DNA of 64,000 bases from Carcharhinus longimanus (taxonomy: Eukaryota). Location of the stretch: positions 93,473,182-93,537,181 of the forward strand of contig JASCQW010000001.1 of NCBI GenBank assembly GCA_030264375.1. Reading direction: 5' to 3'. Of the stretch, positions 25,633-39,699 are shown piece by piece. Every line of letters begins with the position of its first letter. Positions within the stretch are counted from its first letter, which is position 1. A program made the position numbers and the translations under genes. The notes beneath the pieces are model-generated. The model was not told the DNA's origin, searched no databases, and saw nothing but the letters and a program-made list of their open reading frames with translations.

Positions 25633-28600
25633 ATCTTTCCATGACACCAGCAACCCTTTCATTTTACTATCCTCACATTTCACTTTGTTCCAGCACATTG
25701 GCAATTTAAAATTCCACCTATTCACTCCAAAACATTTCCTCATTAGTAACAAATCCAAAACAGCACAGCCCTGCAGTGCAAAACATTTGCAAAAGCCAGC
25801 CTTGACACAGTGAAGTGCAAAAATTTTTGGGCTGGAACTGAATGGGCGGCAACTGATTAACCACTGGTCAAAATCTCTGCCATCACATATTGAATGACTG
25901 CTCAATGGTTCCAGGGCTTCCTGGAAACCCGAGCATGTAATTCAGTTAAACAGCTTTTACACCTTCCCTTTTGACTTCAGTGGAGATAAAATGGGAAGAG
26001 ATATAAAAACAGTTGCTGATTTGTGCCCCCCATTTCACAATATTTCACAAAGCCAACATGACACCATCCTGGTGTACAGGAAAATATCCTTTAAGAATTT
26101 GTTTAACAGGGACAACTCAGCCTTCGTAGCCTCTACCATTACACTTTCCCAAAGCTGCTCTCTCTGGGTGCAAATGAATGGTCCTAACTTGGCAGCGATG
26201 GGTGGATGTAGGAACCAAATTGTTTTACTGTGTGAACTAAATTCGAAACACTGTTAACCAGACAGCACCTACTTATCATCAAAACAGGAATGCAAGTGTG
26301 GTGTCAAGATTTTTCAGCTTCGTTTTGACACTGGATAAAAAGATGTCGGAAATCACGTGGCAACACTTTGGTAAACGACAGATCAGAAGCTGGAACCTTT
26401 GGCTAATTCCCATTCCAGTTTTGTTAATTTTATGTATACATATTGCCAGGGCAAGAGGTTACATGCGGGTTTCATACCATAGCAACATGCAAACAATTTG
26501 TTATACAATTGCATAACTAAATTATGCATTGCTATTGTGAAGTGCACATTTTAAGTTTGAAATAATTGTCTCTCTAAAATGATATAAAAAATGAATTTGC
26601 AACTTATATATGTATCTATAACAATCCATAATTTACAGTTACACGATTGTAAAATATTTAGTTATTTATGGAAGCCAAACGTTCAATTAATCTTTGCTCT
26701 CTCAACTCCCACATCAATCCATTCCTCTGGAACTCAAAATTAATTCCCTGCTGTCTTGCTTCAACTAGAACAGAAATAGTGTTTTGACAAATTATGTCAC
26801 TTGGCTAGAATTTTGGGTGTGAAATTTCTTATCGTTGCCAGTCTCTCTGAGATCCAATTGGAAATTACTTCATATATCAACACTCTAACACAGCCACTCG
26901 CTTTCTTTCGAGAGACCTATAAAGTTTACAGGCTCGTGTAAGTCCAAAATTGACACTCTGTTGCCAGAGGGAAAAGGCTTTAAACTTAACACCTGTCACT
27001 GACAACCATCAACAATCCCCCTCTCTCACCCCTCTGACAACCCCCCTAATTGCTGAGGTTTGGTGAGAACAGAGGGAGGGGACAGAAGAAGGAGGCCTCA
27101 CTGCCAAATTACCAACACTTTAAAACAATAAAAAAATCTCAATTTTTCTTGTAACCCATTAGCGACAAGGTCTTAAAATGATGTAATTTCACAACTATAG
27201 CTTCTGCAGCAGCACACTGTTTACAACAGTGGTGGGAAACTACACCAGAGGTTTGTTTTGAAAAGCGAGTATTAAAAAGGAAGGCTTTGAAAGTGGGACG
27301 AAGTTTGTGCGAGTTACACTCCATTCAGGTTGTTTTCATTCACTCCCAGAGTTTTTCCTTTATTCTTTTGGAAGACAGCAATGTTCTCAGCCATTAGTGG
27401 AGCCCAGCTGCAGACAGACTTAGCCATGCTAATCCAGTCAGTTGCCGTCTGACACATCAGTGCAAGACATGGAGTTCCTTATAATAGGTAGAGAGGAGGC
27501 AACCACTCCAAACTAAGAGTGACTAACATTGACGGTTACTTCAGACAAAAAAATAATAATCTGAAAGGAGGGGACTGAACATTTACAGACTTAAAAAAAA
27601 AGTCAATTAACCAAATTGTAGAAGTAGGTCATGATTATCTTTTTTCTAGAGAGGAGAAATACGTTTTCCTATTCAGACAACTTTTTTTGATCTACCATGC
27701 TTGTTAGAGACTTCCTTTCATTTACATTGTCCTAACTAGAGGATATGTATTTTAATGTGGAGTACAAATAACAAAGTTCCTTTAAAAAACATTCAGACAG
27801 TTACAAGGTATTATTAACTCAACATTCTTGTCTTTGTGTAATTCTTGTTTCAAAAGAACACGAAAACTGAAAGTGCGGAAGTTAGTGTGACAAGCTTCCA
27901 TTTCAAAAGCGCAGACATGAACCCAAACTAAGCCAATGAAGAATAGCCAACAAAAATCAAGTCTGATCCTCTCAAAGGATGGAAAGGTTACCTCAAAAAG
28001 AAACCAATTACTTTTGCTGTTACATTGATGGGGCTTTGTTTAGGCTCAGGACATAATCTATTATTGTCCACAGCCAGTGTCAGTCTCACTGGGCCTATTA
28101 GGGGTGCCTTGGGCCGAAAAGAAGCCCAGGCTGTTACCTGTCAAACCCCAAAGTCATTTGCTGGTTTAAGAAATGCCTAGCTCCCATCCAACAGGTAATC
28201 TGTCAAGAAATCTTTGACACAAATTCACTGGAACCTGTAACACTGCATATTTCACCCATCTCAGCATAAGCTACACTGAAACTCTGCCTGCTACGAGCTA
28301 AAGTTACCATCTTCCAAGAGTTAGATGAATGGATAGCACAATTCCCCAAGTTCCATTAACATATTAAGAGAAAGGAAATACCAATCATAAAAGGAAAAAT
28401 TAATCAGCTTTTTCTTCCAAATGAATTCTGTTCAACCTTTGTGACATCTCCAGGAAATGATTTCATTTTGGAGCACATGAATTTAATCAATGTATTTAGG
28501 TTTGATAAGAATACAGCATTTGTGTGGTCCCCCACAGCCATCAGCTACAAAGCAAATAAATGTTAATTGTTACTTAAGACCCAAGGTGTGCTTGCCCCTA

Positions 28601-31600
28601 AGGTGTATACTACATCTGCAAAGTGATTGTTTTAATTGTGAACCGAGAGAAGATTGCAGAGCGGCTCTGCTACTCCAGCAGATGGGAATACTTGAACTAT
28701 CCACCTGCAAATACCAGAGTGCACTTAACACCACTAGGGGTTCTTGCTCCCAACATTTTATTAACTTCAGCATAGCTAAAAGCATACCTGCCAGTCAGGT
28801 CACTGAACAAGTGACCACTTGGGATTGAAGTGATGAATAATGAGACACTTCCCGTGATAAAAAAAATCATAATTTACAAGTAGCTGACAAGCTTGCAGGC
28901 CTGGTAATCTGGGCAACCTGCTGTGCAGCATTCATCACGGCAACTGGGTCACCCATGACTTTTAGCTCGTGGGCTGCCTCTGCGTTGACCCTACAGGTGT
29001 TCACCATTTGTTTCCCTGTCGGGGTGGCTGCTCTCCCGAATGCTTTCTGCGCATCTGCAGCACCCTGTAATCATTCTCCTCTGAAGCAGCTTTCTACCTA
29101 AGAATTGTGACATTAATCTTGTGCTGGTAGTTTGGCTCTCCTGTCACAGGAGTTGAGCAGAGGCACACCGCTCAACAGTAATCACTGTCTACCCACATAT
29201 ACCACTTTCTACAAAGACAGTAACTCAAGTTAAACACTTTCCCAGCCGCTCTTAAAGCGCAAGCTGATTTCTCTGTTTAGTAAAGCCTCATTAGAACAAT
29301 TATTACTGCTTGCTTCTTGGTGTCCATGAAACACACAGAATAAGCTGATCTCCATCAGAGTGAGCTCTAAACAAAGTGAATTAGATCAGAAGTAATGCAT
29401 GAGTGTTCTGAAATGCCAGCATGTTCCTGTCAAATGTTTACACTTTTTATTTTGTTCTAACCATGTTGATTATACCGAAGTACAGTGATCACCCTTTCAC
29501 ATGAAGGATTTCATTAGAGTCTGATGGTTCTTATCCCTGTGAAAACTATGATAGCAATTGCTGAGGTTTTCATTTTGTTTTCTAGTTGTAGGTATTGCCA
29601 GGGTTTTGTTTGGTACATTCGGAGTGATGACCTTGAAAGCAGCATGGCGTGCTGATGCATACAATTTGTGCCTTACACCTGAAAAACAGATACTTGGCCG
29701 ATGTGCCAGAAAGCCCTTTCCACAGCATCAGTGGAACTGTAGACAGGGGTTGCAAGGGTGGAATCTCACTTCTGAAAGGAATCACTTTCCAGGGCACATT
29801 CTCAAGGTTTGTGCACAGTAGGATTTTGCAGACTTGCCAGAAAAGGTTATGCTGCAAAATTATCTCTTGAAAATCAGTGCCCTTGGGCATAGAGGTTTTT
29901 TTTAAAAAACAGAAACAACCATGCCGCAATAAGTATGAAACAGAATGTAAATTCACATCAGAATTTTAATGAACTGGGAACTCAGAATGACCTGCGTGTC
30001 TGTTGATTACTACTTAGAATGTAGCATTCATCAGACCTCCTGGAATTTTACACGTCTTTTACCAAAGTGTAGCTTTAAACATCTTTCCCTGCATTTCTTT
30101 TCTCTGGCTTTCAAAAAAACTAAATACAATTTAAAAGTATGAAAATATTGCCATTGAAATGGGATGAGTTGCCTTCTTCTGCACCGCAAAAACAATTCTG
30201 TGCTTGCAATTCCAATAAACACCAGTATTTATGTAGCTAATGGTTGCACTTAATTGATGTTTAAAATGTTTTGCCACCTCCAACCATTTGTTCCTTCAGA
30301 ATCAGGATCACCTGCTAAAAGAGAATGAAGTTGGATTGATGATGACTAAGCCATGCCCATATATGACAGAGTTTCCGTATCCAAAAACCTGGGAGCTTTG
30401 AAACATCCCCAGAAACTGGGCACTCCTTGAAAAATGCAAATCCTGAAAAATACTGTGGAATTATTTTCAAAGTCTTGTGTGTTTAATCTGGAATGAAGAG
30501 AGCATCACAGCTTAACACAAACAGACCATGCAATTAAAGTCTGGTTGATTTCATCAAAAAAAAGATGATCTGAACAGAGACAAATATACACTAAAATTCC
30601 TGACTCACAAACAAGAGATTTTGATAACAATCTGATCTCATCAGAAATTCTGATAAATTGGCTCTGCGGTTGTTTTATAGAGGAGATAAAGGCACAGAGG
30701 TCATCAGCACGCACAATGCAAGTATTGAGGTTGAAGGATCATTGCGAAACTCTGCAGCACTCAGAGCAGAAAGCCCTACTACCACAAGCTGGACTAACTG
30801 CAGTCCAGATGGTGCAGTACTCCACACTCCAGAGACTGAGCAAAGAACACATCAAAGCAGGCAAAGATTATATTGACATCTGTTCAGACATGTCAATAAC
30901 AGTCACAAAGCATTCAATAATGACCCCTTAGATAGTTGGAGGAGAGTGAATTAGTGCTGCCTATATAGCAATTGCCCTGAGAGGCTTGATTGGGATTGGG
31001 ATAGATAACAGCTACTTGGGATCCACAACTGAATCATTTTCCTTTCACTCTGCTGCCACCTTTTACAAGTCAGCTATTAGAGGCAAAACCTTCTCTGAAC
31101 AAAAACTTGTCGTCAACATGGTCCAGTAGGCAACCTGTTCTAGCAGTATACAACTACAAAAGGAACACCGAGGCCTTTAGTATACAGCCCAGGCATTTTG
31201 CTTTGGCAGGGTGGAGGGGGAGAGAGAGGAGGGAGGTTGAAAAGCATGGGGCGGAGAACTGGCAGTCATGAATTTCAACAACTTACTCTGCTGTCCCCTT
31301 TGCATCTGGTTGATGACTCTGTGCGTGAAAGCGTTTGAAAGAAAGCAATCTCTGTAGTGACTGGTTAAAGAGATGTTAACAGACGAGGCTTTTGTGCAAC
31401 TTGCTAAACACGTGTGATTATCTATCTCCTCTGTGCACTGGTGCTGCTTTGGTAGAACATGCACCCGTGTAGAGGGGGAGGTGGTGGCGGAGCAAACACA
31501 CAAGGTGCCCAAGGGCTGCTAGTTTGAAGCAAAGAAGGAAAGAGACCAATCTGGGCGTGCAACCCTGGCGGACCTGGTGAAGCACATTTTACAGCAATAG

Positions 31601-31821
31601 CTCAAAAACTAGCTACAAAAATTACCAGCTTCCACAGAGCCGATTATCCACAAGGAGGTGCATGCTTCTGGCCGAATCACACAGGTCACATAGGAAAGAA
31701 TTTTCTGTGGGATGAAATGATGTTGTGCAACATTATGTATATGAAGGAATTTACATGAACACGTTAACTATTTGGATGCTGGTATTTGTGATTCCTACCC
31801 CCACCCCCCATACCCCCACCA

Positions 31822-32082
31822 CCCACCAACACAGTCCCCATTCCCCACCCACAGACCCCCAACAACACAGTCCCCCATTCCCCACCCACAGACCCCCACC
31901 AACACAGTCCCCCATTCCCCACCCACAGACGCCCACCAACACAGTCCCCCATTCTCCACCCACAGACCTCCCACCAACACAGTCCCCCATTCCCCACCCA
32001 CAGACCCCCCACCAACACAGTCCCCCATTCCCCACCCACAGACCCCCACCAACACAGTCCCCCATTCCCCACCCACAGACCC
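31822..32082 (+). repeat. About 37-bp C-rich minisatellite, roughly 7 visible copies, running into a gap
   Basis: Unit CCAACACAGTCCCCCATTCCCCACCCACAGACCCCCA repeated with single-base variants. Confidence 0.95.
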
Positions 32083-32559
32083 NNNNNNNNNNNNNNNNNN
32101 NNNNNNNNNNNNNNNNNNNNNNNNNNNNNNNNNNNNNNNNNNNNNNNNNNNNNNNNNNNNNNNNNNNNNNNNNNNNNNNNNNTTCATTGAAAACTTTAGT
32201 GAAAATGTCAGCATGAGTACAGAATGGCAAATTCTGTTTTGTAGCCATGGCAACTTTTTGTTAAATTTCCTTGACAGGACGAAGGTCGACCTTCGCCAGC
32301 ACAACCCTCCCACCTCCCCTTACCCAGGTCAGCATGGAGCTCTCCTTGGGTCATACATTCCATCATTTTGGTAAAAAGAGTTAATAACTCCATTCTTTAG
32401 AGGGCTTAACGACCGCCAATCAAAATGATGCATACGCAAAACTTTCTTACCAACGCTTTTGTGAAATTCAAATTCATCAGCAAGAACAAAAGAGAACCTG
32501 CCAATCACAATGTGCACGCAATCAAGCTACATTCACACCCCTGAAACAGCTCAATAGCC

Positions 32560-33030
32560 ACTTAACAGGTACAAGTGACGGAAAGTTTAATAATCCATCC
32601 ATGGCAGTTGCAAAACTTGTAGGACAAGTGAGCAAATGACAAATAAACTTCAGAATATTCAATAGAAAAGTTGCGCAGTTTGGTCGGAGAAATAATGAGA
32701 CCACATAGCTCTTAAAAAATCAGAACTTAATGGACAGAAGAGCAAGCTCATTGAGGGCTACATATTCACCAATCATCAAAAGTAGCAATGCAGGTTAACA
32801 AGTCTATAAGCAATGCAAATCAAGCACTGGGATTCATTTCTTGAGGAATTCTTCAAAATGCAGGTAATCCCTTAAAACCCTCCACGCAGTCAGAGTTCAG
32901 TAAAGTTGTCTATTCTTCATCATGGTGTGTTTGTTTTTATTACAAAGCACTTGAATTATAAGCATGAAGAAGTTTTATTGCACCTAGGTAGGACCTTGGT
33001 GAGCCTGCAGCGGGAGTGTTGCATAAGCAC
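32560..33030 (+). mobile_element. Old CR1 ORF2 fragments
   Basis: aagtagcaatgcaggttaacaag..gcaaatcaagcactgggattcatt (QV.K..ANQALGFI) and aggaccttggtgag (RTLV) remnants. Confidence 0.5.
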
Positions 33031-34182
33031 TGGGCCCAGATTTTCACCAGAGCCGACAACCTCGCCATCGCAGCACAAATCCCACAAATAGCCAAAATTT
33101 CTAAGCCCGGCACCTGAACCCAGCATTTCCAATCTACGTAGGGGCAGGAGTGGAGTGGTGCAAGGGTTTGCATATGCAAGTTTCATGGAGGTAGCTGGCT
33201 ATTTAATCACCAGCTGCCTCCACTGAAGTGGGATTTTGGTAGGCCAGGATTGTGCAACGCGGACAGTGCAAATTAGAACAGGTAAGATCTAGTCTGATTT
33301 TGGTGGATTCTTATGGATAGCCGAGGTAACCCTTTTGTAGAGATAAGGCACCCCTTTGGATATGGTTACAGGACATCTTTAGGAAAGGTAAGACACCCTT
33401 TGGGATTGTTAAAAGTTAATGTGATTTTCACACAATCTCATTGGAACTGTCTAAGGAAGTATCAAAGCTGTCAAGGAAGTGTCCAAGAATACCAGCTGAA
33501 TCGGCAGGGAATAAAAGCAAAGGTGAGCCTAACATGGGTTGTCGTGAGTTGGCACTAATTTGGCATGGGGGTATGAGTTGCCATAACTGCTGGGTCAGCA
33601 TAGGAAGGCTTGTCAAACCTTTTTGAATTGGGACGGGGGGAATATTTTTCTCACTGAAGTGAGCAGCTTTCGGAAAGATGCATGAATTTAAAAAAAATAT
33701 TGACTATGAAGAAGCAATTTACTGAGCAAAAATGAAGCACTGTCAAAGCAATAAATTGATCTTCAAAAAAGAATAGTTAATCAAAGGACCATTAGCGTCT
33801 AAGAAGGTCAGAGCATATGCGTCTGGCTCACTCCCAGTCTCAAGGTACTTACTCACTCGCTCTCAGTTAGCACCACTGGAAGAGAGTGAAGCTTTGATGC
33901 AGTAATGTTGAGGTGCCTCCCATAGCCTCAGTGTAGGCTACACCTTTCTCTCCCACCCAATAAATTTCAGAGCCTTTTCTTGGACCTATAGATGGATGCA
34001 CTCTGTGAACCTGTGCACAGGCCCTGACTTAAGAAAACATTTTGCTGCTAACATCCTTGCCCATTCTGCTGACAGACAATGCAGGTTACCTGGTCTAATC
34101 AGTCCCTGAATCCAGTGTTAGAAAGTTACTGAGAAGCTGTTTCCCCCACCGTAATGCTACTTACACACACACACTCACCTTC

Positions 34183-34430
34183 TGCAGAAAATGCAGATGT
34201 ATGGGATTGAGGGTGATTTAGTTAATTGGATCAGGAATTGGCTAGCAGATAGGAGNNNNNNNNNNNNNNNNNNNNNNNNNNNNNNNNNNNNNNNNNNNNN
34301 NNNNNNNNNNNNNNNNNNNNNNNNNNNNNNNNNNNNNNNNNNNNNNNNNNNNNNNTTGCTTTTTAACTGGTCGGCGCAACATCGTGGGCCGAAGGGCCTG
34401 TTCTGCGCTGTAATGTTCTATGTTCTATGT
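34183..34430 (+). mobile_element. Young CR1/HER1 copy spanning a gap
   Basis: Left: QKMQMYGIEGDLVNWIRNWLADR (RT). Right: tcgtgggccgaagggcctgttctgcgctgtaatgttctatgttctatg 3' tail with CpGs retained. Confidence 0.8.
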
Positions 34431-37241
34431 ATATGGATAACATATTTCATACCAACTAGTTTGATCTCCAGAGAAAGGAGAGAGAAGGGCAGAAACATGA
34501 ATTGTCAAGCTCAATTCCCATCCATACCAGATCCACAGGATAAACCAATGGAACAGATCTGGAACACTGAATACAACACACACAACAAACATGTGCAGCT
34601 AATATTTGGAGTCTTTTACTGCCCGTGTCTAAATACTAAGTATATTTAGATGCCCATATTGCTTTATGATAGCAATAATAGAGCTGGTCTGGGCAGATTC
34701 CAAAGCCCGGAGGCAATTGCTTAGCTTGGATGAAGGTTACTAGATTTACAGATTCCAGTCCTTACTAGAAAATTGCTAAATTTATAAGAAATCATTGGTA
34801 CACACTTAATGGAATTATGTTTCAGTGCTGCCGGCTAAACAAATAACTTGCAGCCACTTCCGTTTTGGTTTTGATTCATTAAGTGGAGTTGGGATGCTAA
34901 GGTCACCCAGGTCAAGGATCTTTGGCTTAAACCTGGGTTTCTTCTGTTCTGCATGGTTCAATACAACAACATGCCATAAGGTCACTTTGCTCTCACATCC
35001 TACAATGTTCTTTAATACACAGCAGTGTCAAAAATAGCCAGACAAATTATTTATTTTCTCATTCTGCATTTTAAGCAATTCACCTTTTGAGGGTGGGGGT
35101 AAAAAGAGCTTTGAACAACATGGAGTATTAGAAAATAATGAGAAGAAACAGTAATTAGGTATACACAGCTACCCTGCAGATATCTTTAGTTTAGTCAGGG
35201 CCTCTGGTTCTTAGATGCTGGAGTACCTCTTTTGCTCAGTACTTAGCTCTTTTCTATACCCTATACAACAGCCATTGTACCCTAAGCTTGCACCTGTGCC
35301 ATTTTTTTGAAAACATGCATAATGTTGCCGAACTGCGCTGTACATAAGTTATTTTTCTTGTGTCAATGATGAAGTGCATGACATCTCTAAACAATATCAG
35401 AAAGTACCAAGACATGCAGGCAGCAGTAATTCTAGCAAGTGACCACCTTCCTTTTATCACACTCTGCTTCTCACCTGCAGAGCTGTAAAGAGGTCAAATT
35501 GAAGGACAATCGAGATGAGGAATCGACAAAAATGAACACTCACAATCTTACCTCCACTGGGCCACTAACTAATGAAGGCAATGTCAAAAGCCATCCCATC
35601 TCACTCAACAGAATAAAAGAACAAAAATGAGAACAATTCAAAGCAGCTTTTCACAAAAAGGATGCTGATTTGATATACAAATGCCTTGTCTAGCTTTCAA
35701 TTTTCTCCCACATAACTCTTGACTGTTACAACCTGCAAATTAAGAACTGCTCTGCTCGTGTTTCATTACGTTTCTGCACTAAATGTTACTTTCTTTAAAT
35801 CCAAATGCTGAATGCAGCCAAAATAGCATTTTACAGTAAAAAGGCTTTATTAACACTGTAACATGACGNNNNNNNNNNNNNNNNNNNNNNNNNNNNNNNN
35901 NNNNNNNNNNNNNNNNNNNNNNNNNNNNNNNNNNNNNNNNNNNNNNNNNNNNNNNNNNNNNNNNNNNNNNNNNNNNNNNNNNNNNNNNNNNNNNNNNNNN
36001 NNNNNNNNNNNNNNNNNNNNNNNNNNNNNNNNNNNNNNNNNNNNNNNNNNNNNNNNNNNNNNNNNNNNNNNNNNNNNNNNNNNNNNNNNNNNNNNNNNNN
36101 NNNNNNNNNNNNNNNNNNNNNNNNNNNNNNNNNNNNNNNNNNNNNNNNNNNNNNNNNNNNNNNNNNNNNNNNNNNNNNNNNNNNNNNNNNNNNNNNNNNN
36201 NNNNNNNNNNNNNNNNNNNNNNNNNNNNNNNNNNNNNNNNNNNNNNNNNNNNNNNNNNNNNNNNNNNNNNNNNNNNNNNNNNNNNNNNNNNNNNNNNNNN
36301 NNNNNNNNNNNNNNNNNNNNNNNNNNNNNNNNNNNNNNNNNNNATCTGACTGCAGATATAACCCGAGAGTTCACCTCACCCCTGAGAATAGTGATATTCA
36401 ACAATACCACTCTGCTAAATACAGCATAGAATGGACAGGTATTTGGTGCTGAGCATGTAGATTACAGTGACATCTAAACTCCATTATGGAAATGAATATT
36501 AGATATTCCAAGCACTGCTACTTCACAGGTTAAAGAACCATCTTCATTAAACAGGTACATAAAATTCACATGCAAAACAATCTACCCTTTCCCATATCTG
36601 GAGTTTTTTACTCGGCTAATCAGTGTCAAACTCCCCAAATCCAAGTACTGACAAATCATGGAAGAACAGCTGCCGTTTTTTTCGTCAATTTTCCTCAATT
36701 AAGCAATTAAAGATTTTTCTCTCTCTCATAACCTGAGGAGGAAGTAAAATTGTGAATGTCTGCTGTGGTGGATTAACTATGTTATTATCAACTCCCTCTT
36801 CTCCCTTTCTAATAGTCGAGCGTGTTATTAACATCACTCTAAAAAGGCTTTCAGCTATTTCCCAAACAATCAACGGGAGTTCCTGCTGTTAGCTCTCTCA
36901 ACCTTGACAATACAGAATTAGAAAGAGACAGTAACCAGTCTCCCAACTACTACATAACCCCCCACACCCCCACTCCCATTCTTCAAAGAACACAGTAAAC
37001 CCTTTGCTCCTGTTCACTGTCAAATATTCTCAAAGTCTACATTTCCGTTCTTTTACAAGTACGTCAACTGTTCAATGTCTGTTCATGGTCTGCTATTTCT
37101 GCAGTCCCCTGGTGGCTCTGCCAGTAAATAGCCCAGGAATACAGAATAGGAGAATCCTAGATTCAATCTTAATTTGTTCTGACTTACGAAGGCAGGTATG
37201 CTATAACTGTCTCACTATTTATGAGTAAGAGGAAGGGAGTA

Positions 37242-37803
37242 TGTCTGTCAGCTGTGGCTCAGTTGGTAGAACTTTCACCTCTTAAGTCAAAAGTTTAAGT
37301 CTGACTCAAGGGCCAGAATTTTACCGTCCCGCCCACCACGGGAATCAGAGCGGGGTGAGGGGGGGACCATGAAAAGGTCCATTGACCTCGGGTGGGATTT
37401 TACAGTTTTGGGACAAGCGAGGCCATAAAATTCTGCCCGTGGACTTGTGAGAAAAATCTAGACAAACACTCAGTACCGTAGTTAGAGAGTATTGCACTGT
37501 CAAAGATGCTGCCTTTTGGAAGAGATATTATACTGTTTGCTCTCTCAGGTGGATATAAAAGATCCTAGGGCACTATTTCAAGCAGGGGAGATATCATGAT
37601 ATCCTGGACAACATTTATCGCAGTTAACAACTGATGCTTTTGCCTGCAGGCTCTGTGGCCACTATTACATTGCTGCTTGTGAGAGTTTGTGTGTAATTTG
37701 GTTGCTGTGTTTCCTGCATTACAATGACAATATTTCAAAAGCACTTCACTGGCTGTAAATGCTGTGGGATGTCCAGGTGCTACATAACAACCAGTCTCTC
37801 TTT
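37242..37803 (+). mobile_element. Deu-domain SINE (SacSINE1-like) containing a nested MITE
   Basis: tRNA-like head gtcagctgtggctcagttggtag; Deu-like core ctctcaggtggatataaaagatcctagggcactatttcaag..tcctggacaacatttat; tail acattgctgcttgtg..ttggttgctgtgtttcctgcattaca. Confidence 0.7.
37310..37438. mobile_element. About 130-bp MITE with terminal inverted repeats
   Basis: 5' gggccagaatttta ... 3' taaaattctgccc; interrupts the SINE head; a related copy lies at 12677. Confidence 0.75.
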
Positions 37804-39699
37804 ACTGCCAAGTTTGCTGTTTCTGAATATAATGCAGCAGTCCCACATCCAGTGTGGTTGTTTAGTGAAAGCAGGTTTGTTTCTCCTTGTCCCCCCACAC
37901 CCGCACCATCACCCCCAGTCAAATACCCACTGACACAAACTATCAAAGGTCCTACTGAAATAATGTTCATTTAGACGAGATACTAGCGCATGACCAGCAT
38001 TGATTCACTGGCTTCAGAAGAAGTTGGAATGATGGAAAATTAACAAAGAGCTATCAGGGAAATTGGAAGTACATGGATTTAACAGCAGAATATCAATTTC
38101 ATACTTTGTACAATTAACTGACTTCATAATCTGGCTCTTTACAGTACAACCACGTTTTGCTAAACAAAAACACATTTGATACACAATTGGTGGCTCATTT
38201 CTAGTTTCACAGCGGGTTTGTGTTGTTCTATAGTATATTTATCATAATAATTTTGTTAGAAAATCAATAAAAGCCTGCAACAAAGATGATAAAAAACCTG
38301 GTGCCTCTGGAAACAGATGTGAGCACCAGTTCTCCTTCTTCAAGTATGAAAGGAACATCAGAAAATTGGACCATCACACAAGCCTTAGAAACCTTTCATC
38401 CCACTGCGCCCTTCCCAAGAATTACTTTGTGCAACCTTTCCTGTGAAAATGTATTGTTCGGCAACTTACATTCGTTTAGCCAGGAGTAGCATTTCAATGA
38501 AAAGGAAGCAACAAAGCGTGTTCACTGAATATAGATGTGTCAGGCTCATGGAAGGCAAACCCACACAGATTCTATATGCCCCCATTATGCACTGCCAACC
38601 AACAACTCACATTTGCGGTCATTGTAATTTGGCCAGTTGTATGCACTGTATTAGCATCCAAGGGTTAATGCCAAGGGAGAAGATTGTTTAAAAATTCACA
38701 TTACCAAAGAGGATTACATTGCATCTACTGAGAGGATCAACAATGTAAGCCTACACTAAGCCATTATTTCAGAAACAAAGCTTTCATTTTTAAGCCTTTG
38801 GAAACAAGAATAAATTGCACAAAAGAAAAAATTCTTCTGATGTGAGAACAAGGGCAAACACTAAATGCTTTTCATACAAACTTGGATTTACAGGGCGCAA
38901 ATGACCCAGCGGGCCAGATGGCATCCAGGGATATCGGCCCCAGATTCATCCCAGTCAAAGCCCTTAACACGGAATGTTTTAAGTTTCAACAAATAAGCAG
39001 CAAAGCTTAAGAAGTCAGTAGCTACAGTACATTTGCGCTCACATGGACACGCCATCTCTTGGTGACTGCGTCGTACATTTATCGAAGGTAATGAAGCAGC
39101 TCCCTCCATTGTCTTAAACCATGTACTGACTGCAATGCCGGACATGATAAGGATCTTGCAGCTTCATGAACATGGCTTGCCAAGATACTGCCATGTCCAA
39201 AACCCACAACAATTGTCTCATCTGTTCTTCCCCACTGTGAGAACCATGACAAACAAGATAGCCGAGAAAGAGCAAGTAAATACTGTGAAGTCTTTAGGCA
39301 GGAAAAAAGTGGGGTTTCAGGAAAAATGATGGAATCAAATATGCAACACAATATTCTCCTTGGGATTTTCAATTGATGATTCATCACTCAGATGTCGAAT
39401 GAATGGCAAGGTGAGGAAATGCACCGTGTGGTATACTACTTTGATATGCAAACCAGAACGATCCCAATGCTGAATACTTGCAGAAATTCGACCCAGTCTT
39501 AAACTGGCAAATATGGAAGGTCACTTTGGCGAAGTATTTAGTACCCATGGATCTATGCCAAAGTAAGTCACTTCTGTCAGATCAGGAGAATACAAATAGT
39601 GTTTGAAGGAGAGAAATGTAGTTACAAAGATTCCAGGTTTAGGTCAGGTTGATTTTAACACAATTGGACACAAAGTGTCCGCAGTAAACCTGCTATTGG

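Noticed and set aside
31725-32374. Long Pro/His/Thr- and Gly/Trp/Val-rich ORFs
   Set aside because: Translations of the 37-bp minisatellite plus Ns.
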